Below, piece after piece: positions 36,908 through 46,403 of a DNA stretch of 64,000 nt. Within the stretch, counting starts at the first letter, position 1. Each line of letters starts with the position of its first letter. The DNA is from Candidatus Aenigmatarchaeota archaeon. GTDB lineage: Archaea; Aenigmatarchaeota; Aenigmatarchaeia; CG10238-14. Where the stretch lies: NCBI GenBank assembly GCA_018304545.1, contig JAGVVZ010000001.1:159495-223494 (forward strand), read 5' to 3'. Under the pieces are notes generated by a model, which saw only the letters and a program-made list of their open reading frames with translations, ran no database searches and was not told where the DNA came from. Both the position numbers and the translations under genes were made by a program.

Positions 36908-37682
36908 GAATTTTTTTATACAAATTTCTAAATCTATCTCCTCTTTCTCCTTGATCCCTCATTAATTCTTGAGACAACGACATTAAAAATTCGTATGTTC
37001 CTCTTCCTGAATATATCGATGCATCTGAACTGAAAATAAGTAAAAGTCTTATCAAATCTTCTGGATAATCTATATCTAAAAACAAGTTTCTTGTATTCAA
37101 TAAATCATAAGGGATGCTTAATTCTCTGAAACGATTTAACTGATGATTTAAATTGGTCTTTCCTTCAATACTCAGTTCTATCTCATATGCTGTCGGGGGA
37201 GTAATCAAATAACAGGTCGTACCGCCAAGATTCCCTTCAAACAAAACAACACCTGGACTCGTTCTCGTATATTTTCCACCAGTTCTCTGCAATAACTCAA
37301 TATCTTCTGTCATAATTAACGGGACATCAGAACCGCACACAACATATCTCTCATATGCGTTTTTAGCAGCTTCATGACCGAAATATTTCATTGATCTATT
37401 TAATTCATCGAAAGGCATCTGAACTGTATCTACACCTAATCTTCTTAACTCTCTCAACGCTTCATCTGGAGCATTGCCCGCCAGACCAACTACAACGTCT
37501 CCTTGATCTTGTATAGCTTGAATCCAAGTAGAATAAACATCAACAAGAAACCGTAAAGCCAAAGCACGTCTCTCATCTAGATATAAAAAACCATCTGAAC
37601 CATTTTCATAATCCAATCTCGTCTTTGGATTTCCGATCTTAAATGGTATGAGAACTTTATAAACCCTAGACAAATTCACCAC
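36882..37682 (-). CDS. cofC: 2-phospho-L-lactate guanylyltransferase-like (CofC/MobA-like NTP transferase)
   Basis: 'VLIPFKIGNPKTRL', 'GSDVPLIMTEDIE' and 'LFLDIDYPEDL' follow the CofC motif order. Confidence 0.6.
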   Translation of the reverse strand: MVNLSRVYKVLIPFKIGNPKTRLDYENGSDGFLYLDERRALALRFLVDVYSTWIQAIQDQGDVVVGLAGNAPDEALRELRRLGVDTVQMPFDELNRSMKYFGHEAAKNAYERYVVCGSDVPLIMTEDIELLQRTGGKYTRTSPGVVLFEGNLGGTTCYLITPPTAYEIELSIEGKTNLNHQLNRFRELSIPYDLLNTRNLFLDIDYPEDLIRLLLIFSSDASIYSGRGTYEFLMSLSQELMRDQGERGDRFRNLYKKIHGENDGNI

Positions 37683-37705
37683 TATTATAGCTTTGGTTAA
37701 ATTAC

Positions 37706-38137
37706 TCAGGATTTAAGCTTTAATACTATATCAGCCAGTTGTTTTGAAGTTAATCCTTTTCTGTCTTTTGATTTTTCCACTTCAAGAAGCTTGAAGAAAA
37801 ATTCTCTCGGATCAGAAAAACCATCGCTTTTCATTCTCGGGAAAACGTGCAAATGTGTATGAGGTATTCTGGAGCCAGCAACATCTCCCGACATCAATAC
37901 CCAGTCAAATCCGTCTCCCCCAAATTTTTTCAATAAAAGCTTTGTTGTCTTGTTTGTCAGCTCCAACATCTCCTTCAGTTCCTCTCCGTTAAGGTCAAAT
38001 GTTGTTTCAACATGTCTTTTCGGCATTATCAAAGAATGACCCTCCAGAAGGGGAGAAATATTATATACAGATCGGAAATTTTTTGACTCTAAAAATGTTA
38101 GGTCTTTTATTTTCTCGTCGCAAAACGGGCATGCCAT
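37706..38137 (-). CDS. HIT-family hydrolase (histidine triad)
   Basis: 'HTHLHVFPR' histidine triad. Confidence 0.8.
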   Translation of the reverse strand: MACPFCDEKIKDLTFLESKNFRSVYNISPLLEGHSLIMPKRHVETTFDLNGEELKEMLELTNKTTKLLLKKFGGDGFDWVLMSGDVAGSRIPHTHLHVFPRMKSDGFSDPREFFFKLLEVEKSKDRKGLTSKQLADIVLKLKS

Positions 38138-38182
38138 ATAAATCTTTTAATATTTATAACATAAAACTTTTAAATTGATGAT

Positions 38183-38389
38183 ATGTCTGTGAAGAAAGAG
38201 TTATTAGAAATATTGGCTTGTCCTAAATGCAAAGGTGACATACAAGAAAAAAGCATGTTTTTAGTTTGCAAGAAGTGTAAATTGGCATATCCTGTTTTAG
38301 ATAATGACGTTCCTGACATGCTGATTGAAGATGCATGGAAGCTAGAAAAAGCTGAAAAAGCAAAATTCAAGCACAATCTAGAACTGTAA
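38183..38389 (+). CDS. Trm112-like zinc-ribbon protein (UPF0434)
   Basis: '[14 protein letters not shown]...[23 protein letters not shown]'. Confidence 0.7.
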   Translation: MSVKKELLEILACPKCKGDIQEKSMFLVCKKCKLAYPVLDNDVPDMLIEDAWKLEKAEKAKFKHNLEL

Positions 38390-38426
38390 ACGTTTTTAAG
38401 TTATTACACAATATTGTTTCTATTAA

Positions 38427-38593
38427 GCCAAGGTGGCAGAACTCGGTAATGCGCTGGATAGTGAAAAACTAGGCGAATCTTGAGTCGTCCGATGTGGAAG
38501 ATGGCTTGACCCTGATTTAATGATGTCAAGGAGGTGGACCGAAGGATAACCAGTGCCCTCACGGGCTTTAGGGTTCAAATCCCTACCTTGGCG
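38427..38593 (+). tRNA. Intron-containing tRNA (167 nt; anticodon not resolved)
   Basis: Perfect 7-bp acceptor GCCAAGG/CCTTGGC, discriminator G, and canonical T arm TAGGG-TTCAAAT-CCCTA at the 3' end. There are approximately 90 nt of extra internal sequence. Confidence 0.55.
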
Positions 38594-38618
38594 TAGAAAA
38601 TTTAACAAAGATGAAATA

Positions 38619-38990
38619 ATGGATTCAACAACCAATATTCAAGAATTAAAAGATTTTATTAAAAAATTCTGCGAAGAAAGGGATTGGGATAAATACCACA
38701 ATGCCAAAGATCTGGCTATTGGAATCATAACTGAGTCATCAGAACTTCTGGAACATTTCAGGTTTAAATCTGAGAAAGAAATCGAAGATTTTTTTAATGA
38801 TAAAATAAAAAAAGAACTCGTATCAGAAGAGGTATCGGATGTTCTATATTTCTTGTTGAGATTTTGCCAAAAATATGATATTGACTTGTCAACTTCATTT
38901 AAGAAGAAAATGGAAATAAATGAAAAAAGATATCCGATAGAAAAATCTAAGGGGCTGAATAAAAAATATACTGAATACCAGAATAAGTAA
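38619..38990 (+). CDS. MazG-like nucleotide pyrophosphohydrolase
   Basis: All-alpha NTP-PPase signature ('RDWDKYHNAKDLAIGIITESSELLEHF', 'EEVSDVLYFLL'). The start was moved to the ATG after the tRNA. Confidence 0.65.
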   Translation: MDSTTNIQELKDFIKKFCEERDWDKYHNAKDLAIGIITESSELLEHFRFKSEKEIEDFFNDKIKKELVSEEVSDVLYFLLRFCQKYDIDLSTSFKKKMEINEKRYPIEKSKGLNKKYTEYQNK

Positions 38991-38998
38991 ACTATTGC

Positions 38999-40108
38999 TC
39001 AAACAAATTCTTTGAATTTTTCAAAAAATCCCTTTTTTGTATCCACTTTTTTCTCTGAAATAAATTCTTTCAACAAGTCTTCTTGTTTCTTAGTTAGTTT
39101 ATCCGGTATTTTGACAGTAACCTTTACTAGTTGGTCTCCTCTTTTATTAGAATTCAAATAAGGCATGCCTTGACCTTTGAGTCTGAATATTGTATGGCTC
39201 TGAGTTCCTTTGGGAATTTTTATTTTGGCTTTGCCGTTAATAGTGGGCACTTCAATTTCACCGCCAAAAACCGCGGTGTTCAAATCTATTGTTGTCTTAC
39301 AAAACAAATCGGACTCATGTCTATCAAAAATTTCATGCCCTTTTACATTGATGACAACGTATAGATCTCCAGATCTACCTCCTCTTCCGCCATGCTCGCC
39401 TCCGCCAGCAATTCTCAAATATTGATCATCATCCACTCCTCTTGGTATTTTTATTTCTATTTTTTTTGTTTTCCTAACCCTGCCTCTACCATTACATGAA
39501 TCGCAGGATTTCATTATTAGTTTTCCAGTGCCATTACATTTATTACAAGGCATGACATTCACAATTTGTATAAAGGCGTTTCTCTGGACTCTTTTTATTT
39601 CACCCGAACCGTTACATGCAGAACAAGTTTTGAGAAATCCCGGTTTGGCACCTGTGCCGTCACAATTAGAACATTCAGCAAAATGGGAAATCTCTATTTT
39701 AGTTGTCTTCCCTGAGAATGCTTCTTCAAGCAAAATTTCCATATCATATCTCAAATCAGCGCCTTCTCTTGCCTTGTGATTTCTGTCATTAAGTTCTGAG
39801 AACACATCAAATATATCGTCAAAACCAAAATTTCTAAAGAGGTCATTAAAACTAAAATTTCTAAACCCTGCAAAATCTTCTTGTCTAAAAGCCGAGTGTC
39901 CAAACTGATCATACTGTGTCTTTTTCTCTGGATTATTCAGAACTTGAAACGCTTCATTTATCTCTTTGAATTTCTCTTCAGCTTCCTTATTCCCAGGATT
40001 AACGTCAGGATGCCATTTTCTCGCCAATTGCTTGAATGCCTTTTTGATCTCATCCTGTGATGCGTTTCTACTTACGCCTAATATTTCATAGTAATCTTTT
40101 TTCGTCAT
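38999..40108 (-). CDS. dnaJ: Chaperone DnaJ
   Basis: J domain with HPD, a Gly/Phe-rich region and four CxxCxGxG repeats. Confidence 0.95.
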   Translation of the reverse strand: MTKKDYYEILGVSRNASQDEIKKAFKQLARKWHPDVNPGNKEAEEKFKEINEAFQVLNNPEKKTQYDQFGHSAFRQEDFAGFRNFSFNDLFRNFGFDDIFDVFSELNDRNHKAREGADLRYDMEILLEEAFSGKTTKIEISHFAECSNCDGTGAKPGFLKTCSACNGSGEIKRVQRNAFIQIVNVMPCNKCNGTGKLIMKSCDSCNGRGRVRKTKKIEIKIPRGVDDDQYLRIAGGGEHGGRGGRSGDLYVVINVKGHEIFDRHESDLFCKTTIDLNTAVFGGEIEVPTINGKAKIKIPKGTQSHTIFRLKGQGMPYLNSNKRGDQLVKVTVKIPDKLTKKQEDLLKEFISEKKVDTKKGFFEKFKEFV

Positions 40109-40121
40109 AACAACCCAAGAA

Positions 40122-42014
40122 TTATTCTTCTTCTACTTTAAAATCAGCGTCCACCACATTATCCTTATCCTTTTTTTTCTTATCAGATTTATTTTTTTCG
40201 CTGTCAGCATTTTCTTGGTCTGCCGAAGTTTTTTGTTTCGCCTGTTCTTCTGCATATTTTTTTGCAGCTTCCTCATAAATTGAAGTACCTGCCTCCTGCA
40301 AAACTTTTTGCAAATTCTCGATTTCTTTCTTTATCTTTTCAATATCATTTTCATTAACTGCGGTTTTAGCATCTTTCAATGACGATTCTATTTTTTCCTT
40401 CTGCTCTTTGCTTAACTTATCGCTCAATTCAGAAAGCGTTTTTTCTGTTGTATAAATCATTGAGTCAGCATTATTCCTTATCTCAACTTCTTCCTTTCTT
40501 TTCTTGTCCTCTTCTTCATGCTCCTTTGCTTCCTTCACCATTTTTTCAACTTCTTTATCCGATAATTTTGTTGATGCTGTGATAGCCATTTTCTGTTCTT
40601 TGCCTGTACCCAAATCTTTTGCGGAAACATTCAAAATCCCTGAAGCATCTATATCAAAGGCGACTTCTATTTGCGGTATTCCTCGAGGAGCAGGCGGAAT
40701 TCCAACCAAGTTAAATTGACCTAGACTAGTGTTATCTGCTACCATTGGCCGTTCGCCTTGTAGCACATGAATTGTCACGGCTGTCTGAAAATCTGAAGCT
40801 GTAGAAAATATTTGACTTTTTTTAGTTGGTATTGTCGTGTTTCTTTCAATCAAAGGTGTCATTACGCTACCAAGCGTCTCTATACCTAAAGTCAAAGGGG
40901 TCACATCTAACAAGACTAAGTCTTTAATATCACCTGAGAGGATGGCACCTTGTATGGCGGCTCCCATTGCAACACATTCCATTGGATCGACGCCTCTCTC
41001 GATTTTCTTACCTACTCTTTCTTCCACAAATTTTTGGATAACCGGCATTCTTGTCGGTCCACCAACAAAAATTATTTTATCAATTTTATCTTTCGTTAGT
41101 TTTGCATCTTTGAGAGCCTGTTCAACAGGATGTACGCATCTTTTGATTATCGAATCTATTAATTGTTCTAATTTCGATCTCGCCAATTTTAATGACAGAT
41201 GCTTAGGACCTTCTTTGTCTGCGGTTATATAAGGAAGGTTTATCTCCGTTTCCAGTACCGTTGATAGTTCTATTTTTGCTTTTTCTGCGGCTTCTCTAAC
41301 TCTCTGAACAGCTATTTTATCCTTTTTAATATCCATGCCTTCTTGTTTTTTGAATTCTTCAACTATCCAGTCAATGATAGAATTGTCCATGTCAGTTCCA
41401 CCAAGTTGTGTATCTCCAGAAGTAGATAAAACAGTGAATGTTCCTTCTCCAAATTCCATAATCGTGACATCTAACGTTCCGCCGCCCAGATCAAAAACAA
41501 GTATTTTATGCTCGCCTTCTTTATCCAGTCCGTATGCCATGGAAGCGGCTGTAGGTTCGTTTACTAATCTAACAACTTCCAGTCCGGCAATCTTTCCTGC
41601 ATCTTTTGTTGCAGTTCTTTGATTATCATTGAAATAAGCTGGAACTGTAATAACAACTTTTTTTATCTCTTCGCCGAGAAATGCTTCAGCATCTCTTTTT
41701 ATTTTCTGGAGTATGAAAGCCGACATTTGCTGAGGCGTATATTCTTTACCATAAATTTTGTATTTGTGATCCGTTCCCATTTTTCTTTTGGCAGCTGCAA
41801 CAGTTCCTTCGGGATTGCTTATTGCCTGTCTCCTTGCAGGTTCGCCTATCAGTAGCTGATTCTCTTTAGTAAATGCTACAACTGAAGGGAACATTTTCCC
41901 AGCAACTGTTGCTCCCTCGGCAGAAGGAATTATAGTGGGTTTGCCACCCAGCATCACGGCTGCTTGACTATTACTGGTCCCCAAATCAATGCCTATAATC
42001 TTTTCTTTAACCAT
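40122..42014 (-). CDS. dnaK: Chaperone DnaK (Hsp70)
   Basis: '[10 protein letters not shown]' and 'DLGGGTLD'. 630 aa. Confidence 0.95.
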   Translation of the reverse strand: MVKEKIIGIDLGTSNSQAAVMLGGKPTIIPSAEGATVAGKMFPSVVAFTKENQLLIGEPARRQAISNPEGTVAAAKRKMGTDHKYKIYGKEYTPQQMSAFILQKIKRDAEAFLGEEIKKVVITVPAYFNDNQRTATKDAGKIAGLEVVRLVNEPTAASMAYGLDKEGEHKILVFDLGGGTLDVTIMEFGEGTFTVLSTSGDTQLGGTDMDNSIIDWIVEEFKKQEGMDIKKDKIAVQRVREAAEKAKIELSTVLETEINLPYITADKEGPKHLSLKLARSKLEQLIDSIIKRCVHPVEQALKDAKLTKDKIDKIIFVGGPTRMPVIQKFVEERVGKKIERGVDPMECVAMGAAIQGAILSGDIKDLVLLDVTPLTLGIETLGSVMTPLIERNTTIPTKKSQIFSTASDFQTAVTIHVLQGERPMVADNTSLGQFNLVGIPPAPRGIPQIEVAFDIDASGILNVSAKDLGTGKEQKMAITASTKLSDKEVEKMVKEAKEHEEEDKKRKEEVEIRNNADSMIYTTEKTLSELSDKLSKEQKEKIESSLKDAKTAVNENDIEKIKKEIENLQKVLQEAGTSIYEEAAKKYAEEQAKQKTSADQENADSEKNKSDKKKKDKDNVVDADFKVEEE

Positions 42015-42030
42015 AATATCACTTAACCAT

Positions 42031-42426
42031 TTAATTTTTTATATTTTCAGCTATCTTAACTTTTGAAGGCCTTATGACTTTCGATTTCAATAGATAACCT
42101 TTCTGGAGTTCCTCTAGTATGATACCATCTTCTTTATCAGACATCTCCTTTAACAATATCTCATGGAAATTCGGATCGAACTTTTTCCCTAAAGCATCAA
42201 TATGTTTTAATCCATGATTCTCTAATGTTTTTAAAAGCTTTTTGTAAAGCAAACCCAAGCCTATTTTATCCCTTCCATTTTCTATTTCATTTAATGCTAT
42301 TTCAAACTCGTCTATTATAGGCAAGAATTCTTTTATTAAATCTTCGTTTGCCAGCCTTCTTATATCATCTTTCTCTTTGTCAAATTTTTTTCTGTAGTTA
42401 TCAAAATCCGCCTGCAAATATTTCAA
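42031..42426 (-). CDS. grpE: Nucleotide exchange factor GrpE (N-terminus probably extends to ~42513; no canonical start)
   Basis: GrpE C-terminal domain ('[38 protein letters not shown]'). The upstream frame stays open for 29 more coiled-coil codons ('IKKELEEKTSKLEIELQEKAKLAEEYSNR'). Confidence 0.8.
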   Translation of the reverse strand: MKYLQADFDNYRKKFDKEKDDIRRLANEDLIKEFLPIIDEFEIALNEIENGRDKIGLGLLYKKLLKTLENHGLKHIDALGKKFDPNFHEILLKEMSDKEDGIILEELQKGYLLKSKVIRPSKVKIAENIKN

Positions 42427-42576
42427 TCTATTCGAATATTCCTCAGCTAGTTTTGCTTTTTCCTGCAGCTCTATCTCTAATTTGCTAGTCTTTTCTTCGA
42501 GTTCCTTCTTTATCGGTTTCCTAATATCACCATTTTATTAATAGTTTTATAATTTTTAAATTTTGTGAATTAATTA

Positions 42577-42834
42577 TTAGACGGAGTCGCCTGACACTTC
42601 TTCTGGTTTAAGTTCTGATTCCATATTTTCAAATATTCGTCTAGCCTCACTATAATTTTCAGGGCCAAAATCACAGATGTAAGGTTCTTTTCCAATCAAC
42701 ATATATATTTGATAAACTATTATAGTTCCATTCCTATCAGATATTGGATAAAAGTATATTTGACATTTATCAAGTCTGTCATGAAAAATAACTAACAAAT
42801 CTTTCGGACTGGCTCTATTATAATTATTAACCAT
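42577..42834 (-). CDS. Hypothetical small protein
   Basis: 85-aa ORF with no family. Confidence 0.25.
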   Translation of the reverse strand: MVNNYNRASPKDLLVIFHDRLDKCQIYFYPISDRNGTIIVYQIYMLIGKEPYICDFGPENYSEARRIFENMESELKPEEVSGDSV

Positions 42835-42884
42835 AAATTCAGAATGAATCTAAAATTTAAATACCACATCTCAATTAATTTCAA

Positions 42885-43367
42885 GTGATATGTATGAAAG
42901 AGCAGTTTTTGAAATTGAAGAAATTCCTTGATGACAATAACACAGAATATAAAGTTATGGAACACGAGCCTGTCTACACTTCAGAAGAAGCGGCGAAGGT
43001 CAGAGGTGTTGAATTAAAAAGTGGCGTGAAGGCTTTAGTTCTAAAAACAAATGAGGATGCTTATTTGTTAGCATTAGTATCTGCGGATAAAAAGATCGAT
43101 TTAAAGTTATTGGCAGGAATTATCGGAACTAAAAAATTATCTTTGGCCTCGCCTGATAAAGTATTGGAAATAACTGGCTGCGAAATAGGGTCTGTTCATC
43201 CGTTCGGAAATGTTCACAATTTAACCACATACATGGATCCAGGAATTAGCGGAAATGAAATGGTAGATTTTAATGCTGGGATGCATACTATATCAATTGA
43301 AATGAAATCAAAAGACATGATAAAACTGATCAAACCAAAAATAGTTAAACTTTCGAGAAATAGTTAA
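42885..43367 (+). CDS. YbaK/ProX-type aminoacyl-tRNA deacylase
   Basis: 'SGVKALVLKT...EITGCEIGSVHPFG' matches the YbaK editing-domain signature. Confidence 0.75.
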   Translation: MICMKEQFLKLKKFLDDNNTEYKVMEHEPVYTSEEAAKVRGVELKSGVKALVLKTNEDAYLLALVSADKKIDLKLLAGIIGTKKLSLASPDKVLEITGCEIGSVHPFGNVHNLTTYMDPGISGNEMVDFNAGMHTISIEMKSKDMIKLIKPKIVKLSRNS

Positions 43368-43401
43368 TTTAATATTCGTTACTTAACAAAATTGAGATAA
43401 C

Positions 43402-43486
43402 GGGTCCATAGTCTAGTGGTTAGAAATTTAGACCAAGACGCGGCCTTGACGTGGCCGAGACCCCAGTTCGATTCTGGGTGGTCCCA
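43402..43486 (+). tRNA. tRNA-Val (anticodon GAC) with ~13-nt insertion in the D-arm region
   Basis: Acceptor GGGTCCA/TGGTCCC (one T·T mismatch), anticodon arm CGGCC-TTGACGT-GGCCG, T arm CCCAG-TTCGATT-CTGGG, discriminator A. The segment between acceptor and anticodon stem is 13 nt too long (TTAGA/TTAGAC duplication). Confidence 0.65.
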
Positions 43487-43489
43487 CAC

Positions 43490-43564
43490 GCCCCTGTAGT
43501 CTAGTCCGGTCAAGGACACCGGCCTTTCGAGCCGAAAACTCGGGTTCAAATCCCGGCGGGGGCA
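43490..43564 (+). tRNA. tRNA-Glu (anticodon UUC)
   Basis: 75-nt canonical fold: acceptor GCCCCTG/CGGGGGC, D stem GTCT/GGAC, anticodon arm CCGGC-CTTTCGA-GCCGA, T arm TCGGG-TTCAAAT-CCCGG. Confidence 0.85.
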
Positions 43565-43792
43565 TTTGGACTCAATTCTACTGCTTATAGTATTGACTTT
43601 ATAAACAAAAAACCAAGTAAAGGTAAATATGCTTCTTTCTGAACTCAAAGAGTGTATTTTATAGAATTAAAGGCAAACAAAAAGAACTTCTGGAACTGAT
43701 AACTCCTGAGATTGCTTTGGCTTTAAGAGAAAATTATAGAAAGAAGAAACTAAATGAAGTATGAAAATTGCCTTTAAGGGTGACCTAATTAA

Positions 43793-44299
43793 GTGATTCA
43801 GACTGTTTTGGAAGATTTAATAACTGTTAAATTGATACAATTAAGAAAAATAAGTATGGGAACAGATCATATAAGAAGAAAAATAAGTATAGAAAAAAAC
43901 TACACACCAAGAAATTTAAAAACTTTACTGATATTGATGTATCTCTATAAAATACATAAAAACACTATTGGTCTTAAAAATAAGATAGAATCTTTAAAAA
44001 GAAAGGAGCATCCATACAAAAAGGGAATTAAAGAAATGGAAAGAAATTTAAAGGAACTAGAAAAGGGTACTAGTATTAAAGATTTTAATAAAAAATCTGG
44101 TTATAACACAAAACTTATCACAGAACTTTTAAAAACTCTAGTAGAAATGAACTTCGTTAAAAAAGAAGAATTTTTTGATGGGTATCAAACAAATCGATTT
44201 TATTGGATCAGAAATGAAGGAATCAAAGAGGTTGAAGAAAAAGAAATAGAAGAACATTTAAAAGTACTAGAAATCATTAAATTCACGAGACATAAATGA
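43793..44299 (+). CDS. Hypothetical winged-helix DNA-binding protein
   Basis: 168 aa. C-terminal 'KLITELLKTLVEMNFVKKEEFFDGYQTNRFYWIRNEG' resembles a PadR/MarR-type wing. The real start may be M22. Confidence 0.4.
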   Translation: MIQTVLEDLITVKLIQLRKISMGTDHIRRKISIEKNYTPRNLKTLLILMYLYKIHKNTIGLKNKIESLKRKEHPYKKGIKEMERNLKELEKGTSIKDFNKKSGYNTKLITELLKTLVEMNFVKKEEFFDGYQTNRFYWIRNEGIKEVEEKEIEEHLKVLEIIKFTRHK

Positions 44300-45005
44300 T
44301 TTTAAAATCTTTCTTATTATTTATTATCAAATCAATTTTGAATTTTCTGAACTTTCCTATATATTCAATGACTTCATTTGTAAAACCATTTTCTACCACT
44401 AAAATTACTCTTAGTATATAATTTTTAATATTTTTTTCTATATTTTCTAGAATTTTTTTCAATTCCGAATCGGACAATTTATTCTTTTCATGAAAACTCT
44501 TTATTATTATAGATCCTTCAATATCATTATTAATAGCCTTTTTTATGACAAGATCAAACGAATTATCCTTCAGTTTATAACCTTCTATATAATTTTCCAG
44601 AGAACGAGAAAATACTAGATTTGGATATATTTCTAATAATGTGTTAATTATTTTTTGCGATAAATTTTTTCCGAAAGATGGCATGAGTTCAAAATTCAGC
44701 TTATATGAATTAAGTAAATAATTATGATGGAAGTTTCTTACGGAATTAGCAACTTGCTTGTATTTTCTAATACTAAAAAATCCGAAAAAAGCTAGAACAA
44801 GTCCTGATAAAGTAAAGGCTTGATACAAAGTTATGTTTGTCCCATAAATTATAGTGTTTTCAAGGTTTTCTTTCCCCTTCAATAAAATAATAGCTAGGAA
44901 ATATAGTATAAACCAAAGCCCACTCACTACTGTGTATTTAATAAATACCTCAATATTTTCTAATTGTTCAAACAAATTCTTACTCGATGTGCTCTCATTT
45001 TTCAT
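44283..45005 (-). CDS. Membrane-anchored hypothetical protein (2 TM + cytoplasmic domain, possibly restriction-endonuclease-like fold)
   Basis: 240 aa. Two TM helices, then 'FDLVIKKAINNDIEGSIIIKSFHEK'. The fold assignment is speculative. Confidence 0.4.
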   Translation of the reverse strand: MKNESTSSKNLFEQLENIEVFIKYTVVSGLWFILYFLAIILLKGKENLENTIIYGTNITLYQAFTLSGLVLAFFGFFSIRKYKQVANSVRNFHHNYLLNSYKLNFELMPSFGKNLSQKIINTLLEIYPNLVFSRSLENYIEGYKLKDNSFDLVIKKAINNDIEGSIIIKSFHEKNKLSDSELKKILENIEKNIKNYILRVILVVENGFTNEVIEYIGKFRKFKIDLIINNKKDFKIIYVS

Positions 45006-45040
45006 AGCAAGAATTATAATTTTATTATTTAAAAAGGGAG

Positions 45041-45092
45041 GGTTACAAATGTAACCGGTCTACTTCTGTTAACGGATAACTTCTGTTAGACC
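45041..45092. promoter_or_regulatory. Two adjacent palindromic elements in the divergent intergenic region (GGTTACAAATGTAACC; GGTCTA-CTTCTGTTA-ACGGATAA-CTTCTGTTA-GACC)
   Basis: Seen directly. A 7-2-7 inverted repeat is followed by a 36-bp element with inverted ends and an internal 9-bp direct repeat. The site lies between divergently transcribed genes. Confidence 0.45.
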
Positions 45093-45353
45093 CAGTTTAA
45101 GTGCAATGTTTTGTGGTATGTTATTAGAAAAATAAAAGAGGTGAAAAAAATGACAAAAAAGATTGAAGAGTTGATCTTGATGTGGTTGGCTGAAACATGC
45201 AACCACATTTATTGTACATGTACAAAACACCCATCACCTCAACCAATCCACTCTAGATCAGGGAGTGCTGAAATGCCTCCTTGATCTTTCGTGGTTTATA
45301 CCACAAATTGAGCACAGACGCGATGAAGCAAAAATAAAACGGAGGAGATAAAA

Positions 45354-46391
45354 ATGAAAACAGAAAATGAAGAGTTTAAATTTTGTCCAACTTGTGGATC
45401 AAAATTACAAGAAGTTACAGGCATGACTATCAAACATTTGAATAATGGTGGATTAAACGAAATCTCATATAAGCTAAGAATCGCTGAAATGACTTTAACT
45501 AAAGCAGGAATAGAAGTAGGCGGTGAAAGAATCGCTGAAATGACTCTAGAAAAAGTAGATAAAATACTGTCAAGAAGATTATCCGAAGAGGAAATAGTAG
45601 ACTACGAAAAGGAAATTGACAGACTAAGAGAAGATAAAAGTGATCTAATAAGAAGATTGGAAAGAACTGAAGATCAATTGAAAGAAACTCAAGCAAAACA
45701 AAGATATGTTCCCTCACTCAAGGGAGCAAATACAGAAGTAGAATTAGCCACCAGATTGAGAGCTATCGCTCCGTATGATAATATATCATTGAAGCAAAGA
45801 CACCAAGGTAGTACAGACATATTAATTGAAGTGAAGTCTGACGAAACGATAATAGCAGGAAAGATAGCCATTGAAAGTAAAGACGTAGACTCATGGAAGG
45901 ATGAATACGTTAGAGAGGCAAAGCAACACGGCAAAAAAGAAGGTATAGAAAACATAATACTAGCGACCACAGTTATGCCGCAAGACGCATTAAATAATAA
46001 TCTAGATTGCTTCCGAGACAATGTTTGGATAGTTCCAATGGGACTTGTTGAATTTGCATATGCATCATACAGGAAAATGTTGATAGAACTGTACAAAGCA
46101 CAGAAAAAATTCAACAACGAAATAGAAGCAATGGAACAAGAGAACAAGGTAGTCGATAAACTGAGAGATATAATAAACACAGATGTATTCAAAAAGTATT
46201 CAGATATAGCAAGGAATTTGTCGATACAAGCAGAAAGCATTGAGAATACATCTAGAGCTATGTTCAGCTATCTAGATACTAAGAAATCTGTATATGAAAC
46301 CATTGGTGCAAGCATTAGGAATTTAGTGAACACAATGATGGAACAAAATAGCGAAATTCAAAATAAGATCAAAGATGCCTTTGCATCTTGA
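45354..46391 (+). CDS. DUF2130-like protein: N-terminal zinc ribbon, coiled coil, C-terminal PD-(D/E)xK-type nuclease-like core
   Basis: 'CPTCGSKL', a long coiled coil, and 'GSTDILIEVK...AGKIAIESKDVDSWKDEYV...ILATTVMPQD...DNVWIVP'. This matches my recollection of the DUF2130 conserved block (GKILWESK...W...DGVWI). Confidence 0.55.
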   Translation: MKTENEEFKFCPTCGSKLQEVTGMTIKHLNNGGLNEISYKLRIAEMTLTKAGIEVGGERIAEMTLEKVDKILSRRLSEEEIVDYEKEIDRLREDKSDLIRRLERTEDQLKETQAKQRYVPSLKGANTEVELATRLRAIAPYDNISLKQRHQGSTDILIEVKSDETIIAGKIAIESKDVDSWKDEYVREAKQHGKKEGIENIILATTVMPQDALNNNLDCFRDNVWIVPMGLVEFAYASYRKMLIELYKAQKKFNNEIEAMEQENKVVDKLRDIINTDVFKKYSDIARNLSIQAESIENTSRAMFSYLDTKKSVYETIGASIRNLVNTMMEQNSEIQNKIKDAFAS

Positions 46392-46403
46392 TCTTATATT
46401 TTT

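Noticed and set aside
43379-43648. 89-aa minus-strand ORF
   Set aside because: It lies entirely antisense over tRNA-Val and tRNA-Glu. The GC-rich tRNA sequence creates a spurious open frame.
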